64,000 nt of DNA from a virus. The notes below the pieces were generated by a model. It searched no databases, was not told where the DNA came from, and saw nothing but the letters and a program-made list of their open reading frames with translations. Positions 45,928 through 56,331 of this stretch are shown one piece after another. Each line of letters opens with the position of its first letter. The first letter of the stretch is position 1. Location: the IMG/VR virus record IMGVR_UViG_3300047666_001259, positions 1 to 64,000 of that record. One strand, given 5' to 3'. Position numbers and translations under genes: made by a program.

Positions 45928-47798
45928 TATAAAGAAGCTACACGGATTGAAACATCTTTTGCTACATCCATAATCTCGAACATCACCAAAGGTAAACCTC
46001 TTACTGAATTGTCTAGTAAGTCAATCTCAGTAATATAACCCCCTGTTTCAGGAATCAATTGTGTGTTTGATCCAGCTTGTGGGTGAAGAGTTTCTGAATA
46101 ACCACCATCTTGCATGTTGAAGAACTTAATCTCGACAACGTTAATCACGCCCGGTACCTCTCGGAGGGTGTCTACAATTTGAGATACGTAAATATGCTCA
46201 TTCATTTCCCATTTTTCTACATCAAAGAAATCGTTAATCTCTTTCACTGTAGCTTGCTTAATCTCTTTTGAATTAAAGTTATCTCCATCAATCAACAGAT
46301 CAACATTTATTCTAAGATTTATAATCTTTCCATCGTTGATCTCAACAAAGTCGTTTATCATTCTGTAACGAGAAATGTAATTAATCAAATTGTCTTTAAT
46401 TCTATCGGTTGAAGGAGATACTAGTTTTCCATTTCCAGCTCTGGAAATGATATGCATGATTACCTTATTCTCATCAACTTCAGCTGCAATTCTAAATGGT
46501 GATCCGAATTTTCCATCAATCTGATAGGCACGAGATGTGTAATCCCTGAGAGTAACACATCTCTCTTGAGCTGCGTGGTTAGCTGCTGTGTTGCTGACGA
46601 TTTCTTCAACAGAAGGCAATCCTCTACCCCCAAGAGCTGGAAATGGGTTACTTACTCTTGTTGAAGCTACGACTGCATCGTTAGTTCCTTGGTCGATTCC
46701 CGGGTTGGTTGAGTTGATATTACTAACCTCCTGTAAAACATTTGCCCCAACATTAGAAGTCAAACCCCCACCAGCTCTATACTTTACATAAACAGTACAA
46801 TTTGCAGGTAATTTTTTTCCTAAAGCCTTATTATCTAGTACATCTCCAATATTGATCGCACTCTGAGGCTTGAAAGGATTTTCAACCCCAATCAATGAGT
46901 CCAAATAATTCTCATAAGCATCATACGACTCTACGCCACCACCAAAAGTAATCCTACAAGAACCGTCTGCTAAAAATTCTTTCTCAAACCTTCTAGGAAC
47001 TTCTTTCCAATATCCTTGGAAATTTCCATTTGCATCTTGAACATCTGATTGCTTAAAAAATAAATCATCAGTCGGAAGAAAGTCTACTTCATACCATTTA
47101 ATCGAATCGTTGTTGAAATCTGAAAATGTTGGATTAGAATCCAACCCTAACTGCTCGTATATGATTATAGAATCTACATGAAGAACATTCTTATCAGGGA
47201 TATTGAATTTATAGAAAGGCTTATTGCCATCAGTAATTTCTCTTTTTATGATCTTAGTAACCCCTGCCTTAACCTTTTCTCTCTTTACGATTTGATATCT
47301 AAGAAGTTGTTGGTTCTGGTTTAAAACCTCATTAATAACTCTGTTTGGTATTCCGTCTTCCGAGAAGTCAGAAGAAAAATCTATATCTTCAAGAGTTTCA
47401 AAAACTTGACCACCACCAGCAACCCTTAACCCTGAACGGTATATTGGTAAATATGAAGTGTCTGGCCCGTCAGAGGTAGCTGGTACATCAATGATTATAT
47501 CAACAACTGTTACCGCAGGGCGTACACCCGGCACCCTATAACCTTTGGTTTTTGCCAACCTATAAGCATCAACTCTTTGACGAACTCCGTCTAAAAACAG
47601 TGAGTTGAATTTTTTGTCCGCAAGGTGAGAAAGAAGATCACCAACATAGGCATTCAAGTCGAGTATTGCCATGCCCGGTGATGCTACATTGAAATCTTGC
47701 CACTCATCTGGATAAAAGGCTTTTAGATAATTCTCCAAATCTGTTCTAATGGAAGAAAAATTTCTACTTAAATAATTAACTTGTACTTGATCTGACAT
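45927..47798 (-). CDS. Baseplate wedge protein (T4 gp6 / P2 gpJ-like)
   Basis: NYLSRNF..IR..L; DFN.AS.G..LDLNAYVGD; YRAGGG..SNVG; GG...S.EE; QERCVTLRDY; VPGVINV. Confidence 0.9.
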   Translation of the reverse strand: MSDQVQVNYLSRNFSSIRTDLENYLKAFYPDEWQDFNVASPGMAILDLNAYVGDLLSHLADKKFNSLFLDGVRQRVDAYRLAKTKGYRVPGVRPAVTVVDIIIDVPATSDGPDTSYLPIYRSGLRVAGGGQVFETLEDIDFSSDFSEDGIPNRVINEVLNQNQQLLRYQIVKREKVKAGVTKIIKREITDGNKPFYKFNIPDKNVLHVDSIIIYEQLGLDSNPTFSDFNNDSIKWYEVDFLPTDDLFFKQSDVQDANGNFQGYWKEVPRRFEKEFLADGSCRITFGGGVESYDAYENYLDSLIGVENPFKPQSAINIGDVLDNKALGKKLPANCTVYVKYRAGGGLTSNVGANVLQEVSNINSTNPGIDQGTNDAVVASTRVSNPFPALGGRGLPSVEEIVSNTAANHAAQERCVTLRDYTSRAYQIDGKFGSPFRIAAEVDENKVIMHIISRAGNGKLVSPSTDRIKDNLINYISRYRMINDFVEINDGKIINLRINVDLLIDGDNFNSKEIKQATVKEINDFFDVEKWEMNEHIYVSQIVDTLREVPGVINVVEIKFFNMQDGGYSETLHPQAGSNTQLIPETGGYITEIDLLDNSVRGLPLVMFEIMDVAKDVSIRVASL

Positions 47799-47811
47799 CT
47801 TCTTTTGTTTT

Positions 47812-48201
47812 TTAAACTACTGGGTTTTGAAATTGGAATGACAAATTTATCTCGTCTTCCAGTGAATTGAATACAACTATGCTGTAAACAAATCTCACTT
47901 TCAAAACGTAAGTGTTTTCATCAAATTCAAAGATTAATTCTTCTAATTTAATTTCTGGAATTACATCCTCTATAACTTGCCTAACTTCGGCTTCTAGCAT
48001 ATCCTCAGTAATATCATCCCAAGGATCAAAAATATAGTTATAGAAAGGTGAATAAACGTTAGAGCGCATGGGACGCTGACCCGGTTTCGTAGTCATCAAC
48101 GAAATCAAGTTTGTCTTAATCGCATCTCTGGTGGTTTTTGTGGTTTGAAACCTACCTCCTTGAGAAGAGTCATTAAACGGAAAAGCTATGCCTATATTCA
48201 T
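47812..48201 (-). CDS. Baseplate wedge gp25-like protein
   Basis: GIAFPF...AIKTNL..L.TT.PGQR.M......YIFDP; start MNIGI. Confidence 0.85.
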   Translation of the reverse strand: MNIGIAFPFNDSSQGGRFQTTKTTRDAIKTNLISLMTTKPGQRPMRSNVYSPFYNYIFDPWDDITEDMLEAEVRQVIEDVIPEIKLEELIFEFDENTYVLKVRFVYSIVVFNSLEDEINLSFQFQNPVV

Positions 48202-48294
48202 TTTTATACCTTTGTATTCATAATGTAAATAATGCAGCAAAAAAAATAAACTAATTAAATCTTTTTGCCACAGTATTTATAATAAAAGTTCACA

Positions 48295-49713
48295 ATGGGA
48301 ATCTACAGAATATATCCTTCCTCATCAAACACTATTGCTAACGGTAGGTATGCTACATACAACTCTAGCCAGAATGCCGTAGCCAATTTGTGGTATGGAG
48401 GTGGAATGGGTGCAAACACCTCTTTCCGTCAAAATACTTACAGTAGATTTATGATGCAATTTGACCTATCTACTTTAATGCAAAATTTTGCAGACAAGAC
48501 AATTGTTTCTGGAAGTGTATCTTCTTATAAATTAAAAATGACCAGTACTGTTGTAGGTGGTCGTGAATTAGAGAGGGAGGGAAGGATTGCAAAGTTAGAT
48601 GCAGTTATTGCTACGTCTTATGACCTTCTTGCTTTTCCGATCAATAAAGATTGGGATGAAGGTAGGGGTTATGATATTCTAGAATCTGAATTTGTATTTA
48701 CCCAATATGGTGTTCCTAGAATTACTGGTTACTCAAACTGGAATTCGGCAACGACCCTAACCGCTTGGGATGAAGATGGAATTTTTGAAGACCCATCAGC
48801 TTCTACAATTAACAACGCTACTCAACATTTTGCTTTAGGAAACGAGGATATTAATATGGACGTTACAGACATAGTTAGCTCTTGGGTTGACGCATCGGCT
48901 GCAAACAACGGTGTAGCGCTATCGTTTTTACGTCCCTACGAGCTTATAAGCTCCGATACACAGAGTTTCACGTCTTTCTTTACCCAACACACCAATACAG
49001 CTTTAAAGCCTCATATAGAGGTTAATTTCGATCAATTGATTGAAGATGATCGTTTGTATGTTTCTAATAATAGAACATCCAAGCTTTACCTCTACACTTT
49101 TAGTGGTGATTCACCAGCAAACTATGTATCAATTGGGTCGGTTGATATCACCGACAACGCTGGAACTGTAATTTATTCTGGTTTACCTGTCAATCAAACT
49201 GAAAGAGGAGTTTATTATGTGGAAGTTCTAATGAGTGGAGCTACTAGAGGTCAGAAATATAAAGACGTATGGAATGACGTTGTATTTAATGCAGGAGTAG
49301 ACTCAACAACATTTACTCAAACATTTACAATTAAAGATAATTACTACCAAAGAACTCCTTCGGTAAATGATTATTCAGTTGATATTTATGGAATTGAAAA
49401 TGGTCAGAAAATTGTAACGGGAGACAAAGTGAAAATCTTCTGCGATCTTAGGTCAAACTACCAATCTTTTAAAGCTCCTTCTAATCCATTTAGAATGTTT
49501 TATAGAATTGTGATGAATTCACAAGTAGAGGTTGTGCCTTGGAGTCAAGTGAATAGAATCGTTACGGATAATTGTCTTTCTCACTATATTGATCTAGATA
49601 CTATTTGGTTGCTTCACAACCAAAATTATAGAGTTGAATTTAAAATGCAAGAGTACGGAACCAACAGAAGGCTTCCTGAAACTCTTGAGTTTAAAGTAAT
49701 TAACCCTTTTTAA
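48295..49713 (+). CDS. Virion structural protein (DNRLRE-like beta-sandwich)
   Basis: WDEGRG, SNW, MDVTDIV..W, NNG, FF.QHTNT..KPHIEV; TATTTA at 48274-48279. Confidence 0.7.
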   Translation: MGIYRIYPSSSNTIANGRYATYNSSQNAVANLWYGGGMGANTSFRQNTYSRFMMQFDLSTLMQNFADKTIVSGSVSSYKLKMTSTVVGGRELEREGRIAKLDAVIATSYDLLAFPINKDWDEGRGYDILESEFVFTQYGVPRITGYSNWNSATTLTAWDEDGIFEDPSASTINNATQHFALGNEDINMDVTDIVSSWVDASAANNGVALSFLRPYELISSDTQSFTSFFTQHTNTALKPHIEVNFDQLIEDDRLYVSNNRTSKLYLYTFSGDSPANYVSIGSVDITDNAGTVIYSGLPVNQTERGVYYVEVLMSGATRGQKYKDVWNDVVFNAGVDSTTFTQTFTIKDNYYQRTPSVNDYSVDIYGIENGQKIVTGDKVKIFCDLRSNYQSFKAPSNPFRMFYRIVMNSQVEVVPWSQVNRIVTDNCLSHYIDLDTIWLLHNQNYRVEFKMQEYGTNRRLPETLEFKVINPF

Positions 49714-50092
49714 TAGCGGCTCTAGGCTCAAGGTCTCCTTGTAACATTCTCCTAAGGGAGCTAACAATGTCTTCTTCAAATTGTTTTACGTAATCCTGCG
49801 CCTCATTGCAATAGCTGGAAATAATCTCATAATTTCTATAAGAACTATCTGATTCAATTCCCCACAATACTCTGATCCCAGTTTCTTTAGACAAAACTTG
49901 TAAATCCATTATGTAAATTTTGTTGGAATCTTTTAGGCTTGATTTATCTAATTCTTCGAAGAAAGGAATCACCTCTTCCTCAACTTCTAAACAATCATTG
50001 TCGCTAAAAAAAACAAAGTTAACTTTATAGTTTTTTATTAAGCGCTTTATATCTCTTTTACTTGAATCCGTTATCTCGTAGTTCTGTTTCAT
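49700..50092 (-). CDS. Hypothetical protein
   Basis: Track ORF trimmed to MKQNYE. Confidence 0.5.
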   Translation of the reverse strand: MKQNYEITDSSKRDIKRLIKNYKVNFVFFSDNDCLEVEEEVIPFFEELDKSSLKDSNKIYIMDLQVLSKETGIRVLWGIESDSSYRNYEIISSYCNEAQDYVKQFEEDIVSSLRRMLQGDLEPRAAIKKG

Positions 50093-50297
50093 TTGGGTAT
50101 CCTGTTTTTTTGTAACACGTTGTACAATACTTGTAGACATTGTTGCTCTCCCCAAATTTAAGCATTTTTTCTGAATGATTACAATCATTTTGAAAAATAG
50201 TTAATTCTTCTTGAAGAATCGCCATCTGCTTTATAATTTCAGAACACCTTTCATGCCTGTTTACTTTTTGAACCTTAGGTTCGCTATTCTTTCTCAT
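50058..50297 (-). CDS. Small Zn-ribbon protein
   Basis: CNH...YCTTC..TGYP. Confidence 0.65.
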   Translation of the reverse strand: MRKNSEPKVQKVNRHERCSEIIKQMAILQEELTIFQNDCNHSEKMLKFGESNNVYKYCTTCYKKTGYPNETELRDNGFK

Positions 50298-50370
50298 GTG
50301 AGTCTAAAATACTGTAATGATAAGTACATTATAGATTTTTCTAACTCTTATGTTTCCAAAAGGAAAGGTT

Positions 50371-51306
50371 TTAGTTTATTCTTACATAAGAAGAAATTAT
50401 TCTCTGCAATTCCCCATCAACAGTGTATCTTGAGAGCTGTTCTGATAGAGACGTTGGAGCTAATGGGCTTTGTGGAGTGTGAATATGAGTCAACAACAAC
50501 CTGATCATCAAATCAAGCAATTTAATCAACTCATCACCTTTAACGGAAGGGCTTAATGAGTTAGCTAAATCTCCAAAAGAACTTAAATTATCATTTTTCT
50601 CAAACTTCGCAATACTCTTGTCTCTAAATTTACCTAAATGAGAATATAGATTAATTACTGTTGATGTAAGGTCAGATTTCGAATAAGCTTTTAACTCAAC
50701 ATCTTCATCAGTGTTTTCTTTTTGAGAAATACTAAGGAAAGCAGGTGTTTTGGTGTTTGGTTGTAAAGTTCCTTTTTCAAAAGCTCCCGCCACCAGTCTA
50801 ACTTCTTTTGATTTCAGTATTACCCAAGCATCATCACGACCTTCTAATCCTACATCAAAACCTTTAGGGATATCTAAATTACTTAAATCTTTACTTGAAA
50901 TCTGAGCTTTAGAATTTGTAGCTGTATCCTTATATATGTTCTTAGCACTAGAATAGGATTCAATCTTGTGTTGAAATTGAGAAGTGTGGACTGGCCCTGA
51001 CCAGTATCTGATTCCCGTATTATTCTTTGGGTCTTCTAAAAATACAAAGACCATTTCACCTACTCTAGGTTTAGAATAAATAAAAGAACTCTTCAAAGGT
51101 ACACACCAAGGAAGTTCATTGACATTCTTAGCCAAACGATCACGATCATCAATCCTTACTTTGATCCTACCTTGAGCCAAAGGGTCATCAACAAACTCTA
51201 CTTTAGCAGGGTAGACGTTTCTAAAATTAGCATCACCCTTGCTTGAGTAGCTTTTTTGACCCTGAATATTCAGGTTATGTCGCATCTGCTCATCAAATCC
51301 ACTCAT
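50371..51306 (-). CDS. Baseplate hub/spike protein (gp5/Vgr OB-fold)
   Basis: V..VDDPL.QGRIKVRI, LPWC.PL, PRVGE.V.VF, C-terminal HIH. Confidence 0.85.
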   Translation of the reverse strand: MSGFDEQMRHNLNIQGQKSYSSKGDANFRNVYPAKVEFVDDPLAQGRIKVRIDDRDRLAKNVNELPWCVPLKSSFIYSKPRVGEMVFVFLEDPKNNTGIRYWSGPVHTSQFQHKIESYSSAKNIYKDTATNSKAQISSKDLSNLDIPKGFDVGLEGRDDAWVILKSKEVRLVAGAFEKGTLQPNTKTPAFLSISQKENTDEDVELKAYSKSDLTSTVINLYSHLGKFRDKSIAKFEKNDNLSSFGDLANSLSPSVKGDELIKLLDLMIRLLLTHIHTPQSPLAPTSLSEQLSRYTVDGELQRIISSYVRIN

Positions 51307-51515
51307 TACAATTGATTTATTAGTTCACTATGATTGTGACTTAGTTTATTTAAATCCTCAATACTCTTTACTACCGCTAAACGAATAATTTCCTTTTTTT
51401 CAATAGTTTCCTCTTTATCAAGGTCATCACACATCTCAAGGATTAAGTCCCTCAGAGATATAATTTCTTTTTCAACATTCTTTGCTGATTTTAATATTTT
51501 ATCTTTTCCGATCAT
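51306..51515 (-). CDS. Small hypothetical protein
   Basis: Coupled to its neighbours on both sides. Confidence 0.65.
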   Translation of the reverse strand: MIGKDKILKSAKNVEKEIISLRDLILEMCDDLDKEETIEKKEIIRLAVVKSIEDLNKLSHNHSELINQL

Positions 51516-51922
51516 CTTGCTATTCCAATTCCAGTGTGAGGTGCAATTGTGGCTCCAACTACTGAGATTGGCCCACCTGCATTAGCTCCGTTTGCATTTA
51601 ACAAAGCTCCTTGATCTAATACTACATCAACTCTCATTTGACCTTGAAGGTGGTCAACAACTTCTTCGCACATCACTTTTACAAATGCCTCGAATACATT
51701 TGGTGTTCCGTCAGCAAGAACTCCTGTAGGGATTCCCGCTTCATCAAATCTTGAAACTATGGAAGAAGAAAGTAGTTGAGAGTTCAGCCCGGGTCTACCC
51801 TTTGCCATCAATATCTGTCCAATAGAAAGTCTAGGGACAGGAATCCTATCCTCTTCCAACATGAACAAAAGAAAGTTTGCCACCTCCTCTGATTTATTTA
51901 ATCCTTGATCTATTTTTAACAT
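51512..51922 (-). CDS. Putative baseplate/spike-associated protein
   Basis: RPGL...GIPTG..DG..N...GANAGGP; adjacent to the gp5-like gene. Confidence 0.6.
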   Translation of the reverse strand: MLKIDQGLNKSEEVANFLLFMLEEDRIPVPRLSIGQILMAKGRPGLNSQLLSSSIVSRFDEAGIPTGVLADGTPNVFEAFVKVMCEEVVDHLQGQMRVDVVLDQGALLNANGANAGGPISVVGATIAPHTGIGIAR

Positions 51923-51931
51923 CTTGTTTTT

Positions 51932-53197
51932 TTAAGCGGTTGGTATTGGTACTATGGTTGCTAAAGTCGATGCAGCAGCGGCAAATTTTCTTGCTTTCTC
52001 TGCCGTTTCAGCAACGTCTCCCAGCATTCCAAACCTAGCCTTTATTTTTTCAGCCTTTCTTCTTTGTCTTTCTAAGAAAGTTCTAGCAAAATAGTTTGTC
52101 ACTAATCTTTTGAAAACTTTGATTACTTCCAACAAGATAATTGCTAACAACCCTTTTAGTAGAAGGTTTAATATTCTTTCGGAGAATTCAGCTTTTTCTT
52201 GGTTGTCTGGGTCGTTTATAATAGAGCAGGGATCAGAAAGTAAACTATCCTTTGTTACATTAACTCCCGCAGGAGTTGATTGAATAGCGTCCATAATTGG
52301 ATCAATATAAGCGTAAATTATAGTAGAAAAATATCCAATCAACTTCTCTATTAATATTCTGAAGAAACTTTTACCAGCCTTATTAGCGTTCTGTTCGTTA
52401 TTAATTCCTTGTGTTTGACTTTGAACGTAATTCACCATCACCTCCATACTTTGAGCTGGAGTCACAGCTTGACCTTCTATGGTTTCTGTTCCTCCTCCTT
52501 CAAAAATAAAAGATGGGTCTTCTGGTAATTTAATCTTTATTGTCTGACAATTTATCTCAAACTCTACTTGCCCAGCCTCTAATTGTCTTTTTAAAGCTAT
52601 TCTATTGTATTCTAAATCTTGATCCTTAACAATTGCTTTGTTTGATAAATCAAAATTCGAAGCAGCGCATACAGCTGCATTAATAAGCCTATCTCTTTCA
52701 GCAGCACTAGGATTTAAATATTCTCCCGCTGGTGAGTCCTTCCCTCCAAATATCATTAAAGCTAAATCTTTAGCCATCTGTTGCTTAAAAGTTTCTAGAA
52801 AATTAGTCGGCATCACAGCACTAAAATAAGCCATGTTTTGTGACTTAAAACTTGAGGCAGTTTCTGCGTCTATTGCACCTGATTGATTGATGTTTGGTAA
52901 AGAAATCCCCTTCTTAGAGAGAGTTTCTGCCAACCCATCTAGAACAGTATCTTCTAAAAAACTTGATCCAGCACCAAAAAGCCTATCAATAAAAACCAAA
53001 AACAATACCTCAGGTTGAATACCCATACTCTCCATCACTTTGTTTAGATAATCAAACATAGAAACTTGTTGAAATTTCGGAATGTTTATCTGCTTAAACA
53101 AAGGAATGTTTAACAGGTTTTTCATCGAAGATATTTTCGATACAAGTTCTGACTGAGAACTTGTTAAAGGATTTTGGGCTGGTACGTTAAAAGCCAT
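51932..53197 (-). CDS. Hypothetical protein, late operon
   Basis: 421 aa. Confidence 0.7.
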   Translation of the reverse strand: MAFNVPAQNPLTSSQSELVSKISSMKNLLNIPLFKQINIPKFQQVSMFDYLNKVMESMGIQPEVLFLVFIDRLFGAGSSFLEDTVLDGLAETLSKKGISLPNINQSGAIDAETASSFKSQNMAYFSAVMPTNFLETFKQQMAKDLALMIFGGKDSPAGEYLNPSAAERDRLINAAVCAASNFDLSNKAIVKDQDLEYNRIALKRQLEAGQVEFEINCQTIKIKLPEDPSFIFEGGGTETIEGQAVTPAQSMEVMVNYVQSQTQGINNEQNANKAGKSFFRILIEKLIGYFSTIIYAYIDPIMDAIQSTPAGVNVTKDSLLSDPCSIINDPDNQEKAEFSERILNLLLKGLLAIILLEVIKVFKRLVTNYFARTFLERQRRKAEKIKARFGMLGDVAETAEKARKFAAAASTLATIVPIPTA

Positions 53198-53622
53198 TAT
53201 CTTTCTTTATTGTTGTCGTTATCTATTTTTCTCTTTTCTTTCTTTGATCTCCTACCGTCTCTCATGTCTTTTGCCATTTCAGCAAAAAGCTCTCTCTCTT
53301 CAAGAGTGACAGCAGAAGCTTGAGTCGATTCATCTAATTCGCTATATGCAATCTTCTGGATCGAATTTGCTATATCAATGATTGATGATGACGACTTCGA
53401 AGCAAGCTCTAAATAAGAGATTGCTGTCTTACCAAGCATGGCAATCATTTCTCCCTCATCCATTTCGTTTGCAGCCGCTCGGTACATATCCATTGATTCA
53501 TTTCTTTCTTCCATTTTAAGCTTAATGGCATAGTTCATCAGTTCGGTATAAGAGTCTTTGGTAGTTTCGACTACAGGAGTCTTACTATTACTCTCTTCTG
53601 GTGTTAAATTTTGATCTTCCAT
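53197..53622 (-). CDS. Hypothetical helical protein, late
   Basis: 141 aa; TATTTA at 53639-53644. Confidence 0.7.
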   Translation of the reverse strand: MEDQNLTPEESNSKTPVVETTKDSYTELMNYAIKLKMEERNESMDMYRAAANEMDEGEMIAMLGKTAISYLELASKSSSSIIDIANSIQKIAYSELDESTQASAVTLEERELFAEMAKDMRDGRRSKKEKRKIDNDNNKER

Positions 53623-53656
53623 ATCAATTTGTTTTTCATAAATAAAGCATTAAAAA

Positions 53657-54043
53657 TTATCTACTTTTAAGAAAATTAGTTTTCATCACAGCATATTTAA
53701 ATTCTAAGCTTCTTGTGATGTTTAATAAAGCGGGTTTACTTGCCCTAACAGGAGTCTCTCGGATTAAATATTGGATGAAGTGTTTCCTTGAGTGAATAAT
53801 CTCTTTCAATTCAGAATATGGCATTTCATTAAAGTCTTCAATTAAACTAGCCACCGTCTGAAAAAAGAAATATTTCTCATCGTTATCTGTATTCAAATAC
53901 ATATCGCAATCATGGTCTAACCCAGCTAGTATAAAATGATAAAAGCCAGCACAGTTCTGGTTATTGATCCCTGCGTGGCTTTTGTCATTAAATATAGTTC
54001 TGAGGAAAGAGTAAAAAATTGCTTGTCTTACTTCTAAATCCAT
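53657..54043 (-). CDS. Hypothetical protein
   Basis: TAATG-coupled to the sigma gene. Confidence 0.7.
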   Translation of the reverse strand: MDLEVRQAIFYSFLRTIFNDKSHAGINNQNCAGFYHFILAGLDHDCDMYLNTDNDEKYFFFQTVASLIEDFNEMPYSELKEIIHSRKHFIQYLIRETPVRASKPALLNITRSLEFKYAVMKTNFLKSR

Positions 54044-54918
54044 TATCCTTCTTCTTTCTTCTTTATAAATCCTTGTTTCTTAACTCGGTAGAAGGCTCTG
54101 ATCCTAGTTAGAGAGTAAGTGATATCTTTTCTCTGTAACCCAGTTTCTTCCGCTATCTCTTTATAAATATCAACTTTATTATAAGCTCCAATTTTATGGT
54201 GTTCCGTTAGGATATACACTAGAGCTTTTGAAACTGTGATATCATTCTTTGTCCACTTACTCTCTTCACCTTTCTCAATTTCTTCTTCAAGAAGAGATTT
54301 TATGTAGTGAAAGAGTTGGAACATGATATCCATTTCTTCTAATGGCAATCCCTCCTCATCTAAGCTCTCCAGTCTCTTCGCATCCACTTCTGGTTTATGA
54401 TCTTCATAATCCAAAAGTCTAGACTTAGTTTCGTGGGTCTTCTTTATTTCATTCATACAATAGTTCTTCGCCATTGTCCCGAAATAAGAAAAAGATTTAT
54501 GACCCTTGTAAGGATCAAAGTTTGCAAACTTGTCGTGTATGTGACCAAGACAGTCGTTGTGAGCTGTCCTTACGTCAATGTCATATCTGAAAAGTTTATA
54601 TCTATAAATGATATTCTCGACTAACCTGTTTAAAGGTTTTTCTAAATGCTTTATGTACAAGCGATTCTTCTTATCTTGTACTTCCTCGCTCATAGACCAT
54701 TCAATCTTGTCTTGAAACTCCGCCAGAGTTCCATCTTCAATTGTTGAGTCATAAGTTTCTTTCCTGTTTTCTAAGTACTGTTTCATCTTAGCAGTTAAAA
54801 ATCGAGTATCCATTTCTAAGAACACTCTCACCGCCTCTTCTGTTTCAGCTGTCCAGTATATTTTCTTCTTCTTTTTTTCAGGTATTACATTAACTATTGG
54901 TGCTGTGTTACCTGTCAT
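54043..54918 (-). CDS. Phage RNA polymerase sigma factor (gp55-like late sigma)
   Basis: YWT.ETEEAV; L..LVENII.RY; DCL......FDP.KG.KSFSYFGT.AKNY (sigma region 2); C-terminal HTH-like IAEETGL..KDI. Confidence 0.75.
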   Translation of the reverse strand: MTGNTAPIVNVIPEKKKKKIYWTAETEEAVRVFLEMDTRFLTAKMKQYLENRKETYDSTIEDGTLAEFQDKIEWSMSEEVQDKKNRLYIKHLEKPLNRLVENIIYRYKLFRYDIDVRTAHNDCLGHIHDKFANFDPYKGHKSFSYFGTMAKNYCMNEIKKTHETKSRLLDYEDHKPEVDAKRLESLDEEGLPLEEMDIMFQLFHYIKSLLEEEIEKGEESKWTKNDITVSKALVYILTEHHKIGAYNKVDIYKEIAEETGLQRKDITYSLTRIRAFYRVKKQGFIKKKEEG

Positions 54919-55366
54919 TATATTTTTTATTTTTTTTAATCTTATAAATCTCGTTCATAACATAACTTTTTATTATTGTACTGTAGTAAGAGTAAGATTT
55001 ATATCCTATGTAGGGATTAAAATTTGTAAATTTTTCATATACATAACTTAAACAATCATTATGAGCTGTTATTATATCAATGCCATAATCGGATAGCATG
55101 TAACGATAAAAAATGTTTTCTATCATTTGATTTAAAGGTTTTTCTAATTGATTTTTGTACAATCTATTTTTCTTATCTTGCACTTCTTCACTCATTGACC
55201 ATTCAATTTTCTTCTGATACGATGCTAAACTACCTTTAAGACACCTAGTTAAAAATTGAGTGTCCATCTCTAAAAACAACCTAACAGATTCTTCCGTTTC
55301 ATCTGTCCAACATATGTTGTTATTTTCAGGCGGTGCAGTTTTTTTTCGCTCTGCGTTACCTCTCAT
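54908..55366 (-). CDS. Truncated paralog of the adjacent sigma factor (region-2 part only)
   Basis: Shares WT.ETEE.VR.FLEMDT.FLT, KIEWSMSEEVQDKKNRLY, TAHNDCL, KF.NF.PY.G.KS.SY, then stops. Confidence 0.8.
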   Translation of the reverse strand: MRGNAERKKTAPPENNNICWTDETEESVRLFLEMDTQFLTRCLKGSLASYQKKIEWSMSEEVQDKKNRLYKNQLEKPLNQMIENIFYRYMLSDYGIDIITAHNDCLSYVYEKFTNFNPYIGYKSYSYYSTIIKSYVMNEIYKIKKNKKYNDR

Positions 55367-55368
55367 TT

Positions 55369-56331
55369 TTACGCTGTTTGTTCGATTAATTCTACTCTGC
55401 TTAAATCGTCATCGAAGAATACATAATCATCTAGAGCTGCTTGCGTCCAGTGTTGAATCTCTCCTTGAGTAATTCCACCATTTTCAGGCTTCAATTGTGT
55501 AAGGTGAGAAGGAATTTTAGAAGATTTATGAGTAAATGTATCGGTAGCTGTGTGTCTCAGCAAATAACCTACTCTTGGGATATTCATCACCTGAATATCG
55601 TTGTATACCATTCTCAAAAAGAATTCGTAATAGTTTGTTATTTTTAAACATCCTTTCATAGGATACATTAAACCATCTCTTTCCTCAATATTATCACTCT
55701 CCTCCACTAAAGATGACACTCGATAAAGTGCGCCTAAAGGGTGAATACAATTAAATCTACTCAATAACATATAGTCATAGTATCCTGCGGATTCAGCCAT
55801 GTTGTCTGCCCAGCAGAATTCATTAATATATGAAGTAAATGATTCAGCGATCATATTCTTGATCAAAGGTAGGAAGATTCCAACTTTAGCGTTTTCTTCA
55901 GCATATTTCTCTGCTATTTCGTACCACTTAAGAGATACTTCATCTTCACATTCAACAACCGAGAAATAATCATACCCAGAATCTACCGCTAGTTGGAACG
56001 TCTTATTAAAGATGTCCGCAAAGCTATTAATCTCGATCTGCTCAATTGTGTGATTTACCTCTGTTCCATCGAAATATTCGATTTTCTTTTCAGTTTCTTT
56101 TCCATCCTCATCTTCTCCGTCTACGAAAACAGAAATAGTAGGCTTCTTAATAACTTCAGAAATTGTCTCTAACTCGTCATCTGCAAAACCTTCGTGTAGA
56201 AATACTACATCAATGGGTTTGTCTTGCATAGAAAGTCCGTATAGACACTTATTTAAAAGCTCAATTCTTAAGTCTTTGTTGAGGTATACCCCAACAAGTG
56301 TATTAGTTTGTTTTTGCGGCTTCAAGCTCAT
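55369..56331 (-). CDS. GT-A (family 2-like) glycosyltransferase
   Basis: YFSVVECEDEV...WY, IFLP, YEFFLR..YN.....IPRVGY; start MSLKPQ. Confidence 0.65.
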   Translation of the reverse strand: MSLKPQKQTNTLVGVYLNKDLRIELLNKCLYGLSMQDKPIDVVFLHEGFADDELETISEVIKKPTISVFVDGEDEDGKETEKKIEYFDGTEVNHTIEQIEINSFADIFNKTFQLAVDSGYDYFSVVECEDEVSLKWYEIAEKYAEENAKVGIFLPLIKNMIAESFTSYINEFCWADNMAESAGYYDYMLLSRFNCIHPLGALYRVSSLVEESDNIEERDGLMYPMKGCLKITNYYEFFLRMVYNDIQVMNIPRVGYLLRHTATDTFTHKSSKIPSHLTQLKPENGGITQGEIQHWTQAALDDYVFFDDDLSRVELIEQTA

